Source: Trueperaceae bacterium
GTDB taxonomy: Bacteria; Deinococcota; Deinococci; Deinococcales; Trueperaceae
Reading direction: 5' to 3'
NCBI GenBank assembly: GCA_965213925.1
Contig: OZ243927.1
Span: 2,976,001-3,040,000, forward strand
DNA length: 64,000 nt
A model generated the notes under the pieces. That model worked only from the letters and a program-made list of their open reading frames with translations, had not been told where the DNA came from and made no database searches. Shown here in pieces: positions 63,322 through 64,000 of this stretch. Every line of letters starts with the position of its first letter. Position 1 is the stretch's first letter. The position numbers were made by a program, and so were the translations under genes.

Positions 63322-63456
63322 AGTTCTCCTTTACTACAGTGTTGATTGACAGCGTTGATTGACAGTGTCGACGGTAGTAGCTACTGCAATGTTTCTCAGC
63401 CGATACGAACTATTATTCTATAGAGTATACTCTCGCAGAAAACACACAATTGCGCC

Positions 63457-63491
63457 GTAGGCGGCGTTACGCTCATTATAACGCCGCCTAC
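63457..63491. repeat. GTAG-type REP palindrome
   Basis: GTAGGCGGCGTTA..TAACGCCGCCTAC. Confidence 0.65.
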
Positions 63492-63524
63492 TCTATGCGC
63501 ACTATGTGCTAAGAACCTAAGCGC

Positions 63525-64000
63525 TCACTCGTCGTGCCACGATTTCGAACGCTCCAAAGCGTCGTGCCAACGCCCCGTCAATTCCTCGCGCCGGCTCTCC
63601 TCCATCTGCGGCTCGAAGCGCTTCTCCTCCTCCCAGAGCGACGTCAGCTCGTCCTTGCCGCTCCAGAAATCCACGGCGAGCCCGGCGGCGTACGCCGCAC
63701 CCAGCGCAGTGGTTTCTGTGATTTTCGGGCGCACCACCTCGACACCTAAGGTGTCCGCTTGGAACTGCATCAAGAGGTCATTTTTCGCCGCGCCGCCGTC
63801 CACGCGGAGTTCTTTTAAGGGCGTGCCGCTGTCCGCCTCCATCGCCTTCGCCACGTCGTTGACCTGATAGACGATGCCCTCTAATGCCGCTCTCGCGATA
63901 TGTCCCGCCGTGCTGCCCCGCGTCAGACCGACGATGGTGCCCCTCGCGTATTGGTCCCAGTGAGGCGCACCTAAACCCGCAAAGGCAGGAACGAGGTAGA
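63525..64000 (-). CDS. glpK: Glycerol kinase, C-terminal part (5' end outside the window)
   Basis: [27 protein letters not shown]. Confidence 0.95.
   Translation of the reverse strand, partial: YLVPAFAGLGAPHWDQYARGTIVGLTRGSTAGHIARAALEGIVYQVNDVAKAMEADSGTPLKELRVDGGAAKNDLLMQFQADTLGVEVVRPKITETTALGAAYAAGLAVDFWSGKDELTSLWEEEKRFEPQMEESRREELTGRWHDALERSKSWHDE

Overview
GC-rich bacterial chromosomal window, most likely Deinococcota (Trueperaceae-like). This is inferred from the Thermus-type Rex, Deinococcus-type FtsK and interspersed repeats, a c-di-GMP-II riboswitch and many leaderless promoters. Housekeeping genes (rex, hisS-aspS, nth, ypdA, rpmB, ftsK, tRNA-Leu(TAA), glpK-glpD) alternate with metabolic operons: a YnjBCD-like ABC transporter, a reductive pyrimidine catabolism operon with its ABC importer, a carotenoid modification operon, a PHB-depolymerase/TetR/acyl-CoA ligase/Liv-type ABC cluster and a sugar ABC transporter. 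The most unusual signal is in the pyrimidine operon. A four-helix-bundle (23S rRNA IVP/Avd-like) gene sits inside a 27/29-bp inverted repeat built from heptamers. A gene-less copy of the hairpin is translated as the N-terminus of a permease. Related 7-8-nt-period arrays (AG every 7 nt on left arms, CT on right arms) begin at or just after the stop codons of several operon genes. Also notable: a 133-bp structured MITE-like element in two copies (one disrupts a mazF toxin that also carries a second 23-bp insertion), a riboswitch-controlled PL9-like lipoprotein, a permease with a phage-tail-like insert, and strong GGCTCGAGCC over-representation. All family assignments come from motif recognition, not database searches.
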